Shown here: piece after piece, positions 62,001 to 64,000 of the stretch
How the letters are laid out: every line of letters starts with the position of its first letter
Position numbering within the stretch: position 1 is the first letter of the stretch
From: Phoronis australis
Taxonomy: Eukaryota; Animalia; Phoronida
DNA length: 64,000 bases
Reading direction: 5' to 3'
NCBI GenBank assembly: GCA_002633005.1
Contig: NMRA01000198.1
Coordinates: forward strand, 435,282 to 499,281
Translations under genes and position numbers: made by a program
The notes under the pieces: model-generated
The model's database searches: none
Told to the model about the DNA's origin: nothing
The model's input: the letters and a program-made list of their open reading frames with translations, nothing else

Positions 62001-63264
62001 ACCAAATCTGACAGCTCATAGCTGAGCCTGAATTGGTCTTAGCAATACCAAAACTCAGTGAACCACTGAGTGAGGATTAAGCTAAGAGCAGTTTCATAAT
62101 GGTAATGAGAGATTAGTTTTCTTGACAGAAGGCCGGTTTTTAGCAGCTTTTTGATGTCATAGAAGGATTGTGTGATCTGATCCCCTGTAGTCTTGTTTGA
62201 TATTGAGTGACTGAATCTGCCATGTCCCAGGGGCATTCTATGAGCAATGAAAGGTTATTTCAGTCCAAGGTGAAGGGGATATAGTAATAGCATTAAAACT
62301 CAAGAGGCTTTTCTCTAGGGAATTTGGCTAAACTTTCAAAAATACTTGATAACAGAGTGCTGTATCGCATATTGCAAGCATTTAGCGACTTGACTGTAAT
62401 GTCCTGAATTTTGGGTCATTCTTAATTTTCAGGCATTCAAGTTTTTGCACAACTCCTACATTTTTCAGGTGATTTCAACCAAACTTTCAAAGAAAATACG
62501 GCTACAAAATGCTGTGGGGCATGTTGCCTGCATTTTGAAATTCAGCTGTGTTTTCTTGAATTTTGGCATGTTCTCAAGAGTACATATTTGTTCACCAAAA
62601 CATGCACCAAGGTCGCTTCAGGACTGGAAAATGTGCAACCTCAGTGTAAAATATGGGGACCAAGATCAACCCCAAGTGAAAACGTATGAATTAGAAATAC
62701 AACTACTGAAACGAAGCATTTTTATTTGTCCAAAATGCTGTAGCTTAGGACAGCAGTGTTTTTCTAGTAATTAACAGTTGGGGGATCAAAGAAAGCTTCA
62801 CTTTTGTTCTTGCCACTGTGAAAATTGCACCCTCTGTGCTTGATTTCCGCACATCGTTGTGGGGTAATGCTCTTCTGTGTGCAACTCCTGCAGAAGCTTT
62901 GGCCGGGATATCGCTGTCTGCTACTGCTTGTCAAACAAAACAAAATCTGCATTTGGAAAAAATCGAATGCTTTTCTAGCATACCGCAGGACTGCTCATCA
63001 GTTTATGTTTGTTTGCATCAAACCGGTTGTTGTATGACGAGTAAATGAAGTAAAAATAAATCTAAATCCCATAGTAGACTTCTTGCTATCTGCTTGACCC
63101 TATGAGTATATTTTTCAGTGGCGGCGCTCAAGTTGAACGACCCCCTACAGGAGCTGTTTCTGGCTGACAATGGCCTCATGCCATCGGACGCCATCCAACT
63201 GGGCAACTTACTCAAGTTCAATCACAAGCTATATCTGCTTGATCTCAGGAATAACCATTTACAG
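43771..63264 (+). CDS. PPP1R37: Protein phosphatase 1 regulatory subunit 37 (LRRC68), 5' part: 7 coding exons, continues beyond window
   Basis: join(43771-44053,46964-47061,52794-52839,59812-59912,60285-60404,61592-61742,63119-63264,...). Acidic N-terminus, RVxF motif KKRVSFP, EP.DPW, then ribonuclease-inhibitor-type LRRs (EALEEVFRRIQF, ALFEMIEYYES, LSGRPLMIL, QLGNLLKFN, LDLRNNHL) matching PPP1R37. Confidence 0.93.
46964..47061 (+). CDS. PPP1R37: PPP1R37 coding exon 2
   Basis: VPCTHDQVLNAYKRSCEEHNIKPIAKVIQQLK; tttcag acceptor, GTGAGC donor. Confidence 0.9.
51978..52459. repeat. 35-bp minisatellite, about 14 diverged copies
   Basis: Consensus tctgatctgccttacagtctgccctcaaacagacg; period 35 checked at 52038, 52073, 52108 and 52143. 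Confidence 0.92.
52794..52839 (+). CDS. PPP1R37: PPP1R37 coding exon 3
   Basis: AIENYNIRCDLFSLK(G); ttgcag acceptor, GTAAGC donor. Confidence 0.85.
56759..56869. mobile_element. Palindromic mini-MITE with 8-bp flanking direct repeat
   Basis: 44-bp arms 56759-56802 and 56825-56868 (40/44 match), 22-nt spacer; gaaatact at 56751-56758 and 56870-56877. Confidence 0.75.
59812..59912 (+). CDS. PPP1R37: PPP1R37 coding exon 4
   Basis: ERLDHRHIEALEEVFRRIQFKVLDLEATHLDDE; tctcag acceptor, GTAAGC donor. Confidence 0.93.
60285..60404 (+). CDS. PPP1R37: PPP1R37 coding exon 5
   Basis: GAIALFEMIEYYESGCKVNLAFNRNIGIRGWLACSRMIKR; ttgtag acceptor, GTTAGT donor. Confidence 0.93.
60586..61048. repeat. 76-bp tandem repeat x6 in PPP1R37 intron 5
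   Basis: gtaattgtcta(t/a)gatttagcatcagacataatggac(a/g)tctatttccttagaccaatagttcaactaaattagtg(t/c)t at 60592, 60668, 60744, 60820, 60896 and 60972. Confidence 0.95.
61592..61742 (+). CDS. PPP1R37: PPP1R37 coding exon 6
   Basis: TPCLESLDVKNCVLNDQSMPILGRSLRLGSALTILHMENCNLSGRPLMIL; ttccag acceptor, GTCAGT donor. Confidence 0.93.
63119..63264 (+). CDS. PPP1R37: PPP1R37 coding exon 7
   Basis: AALKLNDPLQELFLADNGLMPSDAIQLGNLLKFNHKLYLLDLRNNHLQ; tttcag acceptor, GTAGGT donor. Confidence 0.93.
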
Positions 63265-64000
63265 GTAGGTCAAGGTGTCCACTACTTTGACATTAACCTT
63301 TAGTTGTAGATGAATAGTAATGGTGGAAGGAGATTATGTTCCATTTGTTTTTTGCGTAATAAGTTAACGTGATACCGGGGCACTCTGTTGACAACCGAGT
63401 CAAAAAATTACGCGGAGGTCTTGGAAATCATTTCCAGCGGATACCCTCGTTTGTTTGATGGAGTTATTATTTATCAGAATGATGATTTATTTTCTTTAGT
63501 GATAATGCCAACTTACAGGGAGGCTAATAATGGTTTTAATTTCTTTTGTTAATTCATATCTATCTCCAAACCATTCCTGAATTTTCCCATTACAGTGATC
63601 CTGGTTGGGCTGTCCCAAACTGTTCAAAGTCGAATCTATGAATGAAGTAGTATTTCTAAGGCAAAAATGAGAAAAGCTAAACTTCAGGAGCATATCATTG
63701 TCTGAATTGTTCAAAGTTAACTGATGGTTTCTACCATTTTCATGGCTGAGACTGGCATACATTTAACACTTAGTCCTGCCTCCCGTTTAGTAACGCTAGG
63801 ACCTCTCTAAAAAGCAAGACTTCGCGAGATTACGCGAGATATTGCCGTGCATTTTAAATGAGAACACGTGACTTTGACTAGGTTTTAGCTAGGTCCTAGC
63901 GTCTACTGAACGTACGCCCGGTCTCCTCCATTAGAAAAAGTGAAGTGTGAACCTCAGCAGCAATGGTAATATACCACTCATCTATTTACTTAGTGCTTTA

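Overview
This is eukaryotic, AT-rich, intron-rich animal DNA, probably from a marine invertebrate. Intron positions are vertebrate-like, but the species cannot be fixed from sequence alone. The ORF track is mostly noise because the real genes are split. Manual exon reconstruction (GT-AG boundaries, consistent phases) gives four genes on alternating strands. (1) GCH1, GTP cyclohydrolase I, - strand; only coding exon 1 (3512-3833) is in the window. (2) FANCL, + strand, complete: 13 coding exons, 6517-27144, 371 aa. (3) A VRK1/2-type kinase, - strand, complete: 11 coding exons, 29304-42889, 556 aa, with a duplicated 67-aa SPKK/TPK-rich basic tail module. (4) PPP1R37/LRRC68, + strand; the first 7 coding exons run from 43771 and the gene continues past the window. 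GCH1/FANCL and VRK/PPP1R37 are head-to-head with short motif-rich promoters, and FANCL/VRK are tail-to-tail as in human FANCL-VRK2. Introns contain minisatellites, hairpin MITEs, DINE/HINE-like elements, a tRNA-derived SINE head and LINE fragments. A 568-bp duplication around a single N copies the VRK catalytic-loop exon and is most likely an assembly artefact. I found no CRISPR, rRNA or clearly new multi-gene system. The best leads are the ancient gene linkage, the VRK tail architecture and repeats abutting splice sites. Comparisons to human proteins and exon sizes are from recall, not a database search.
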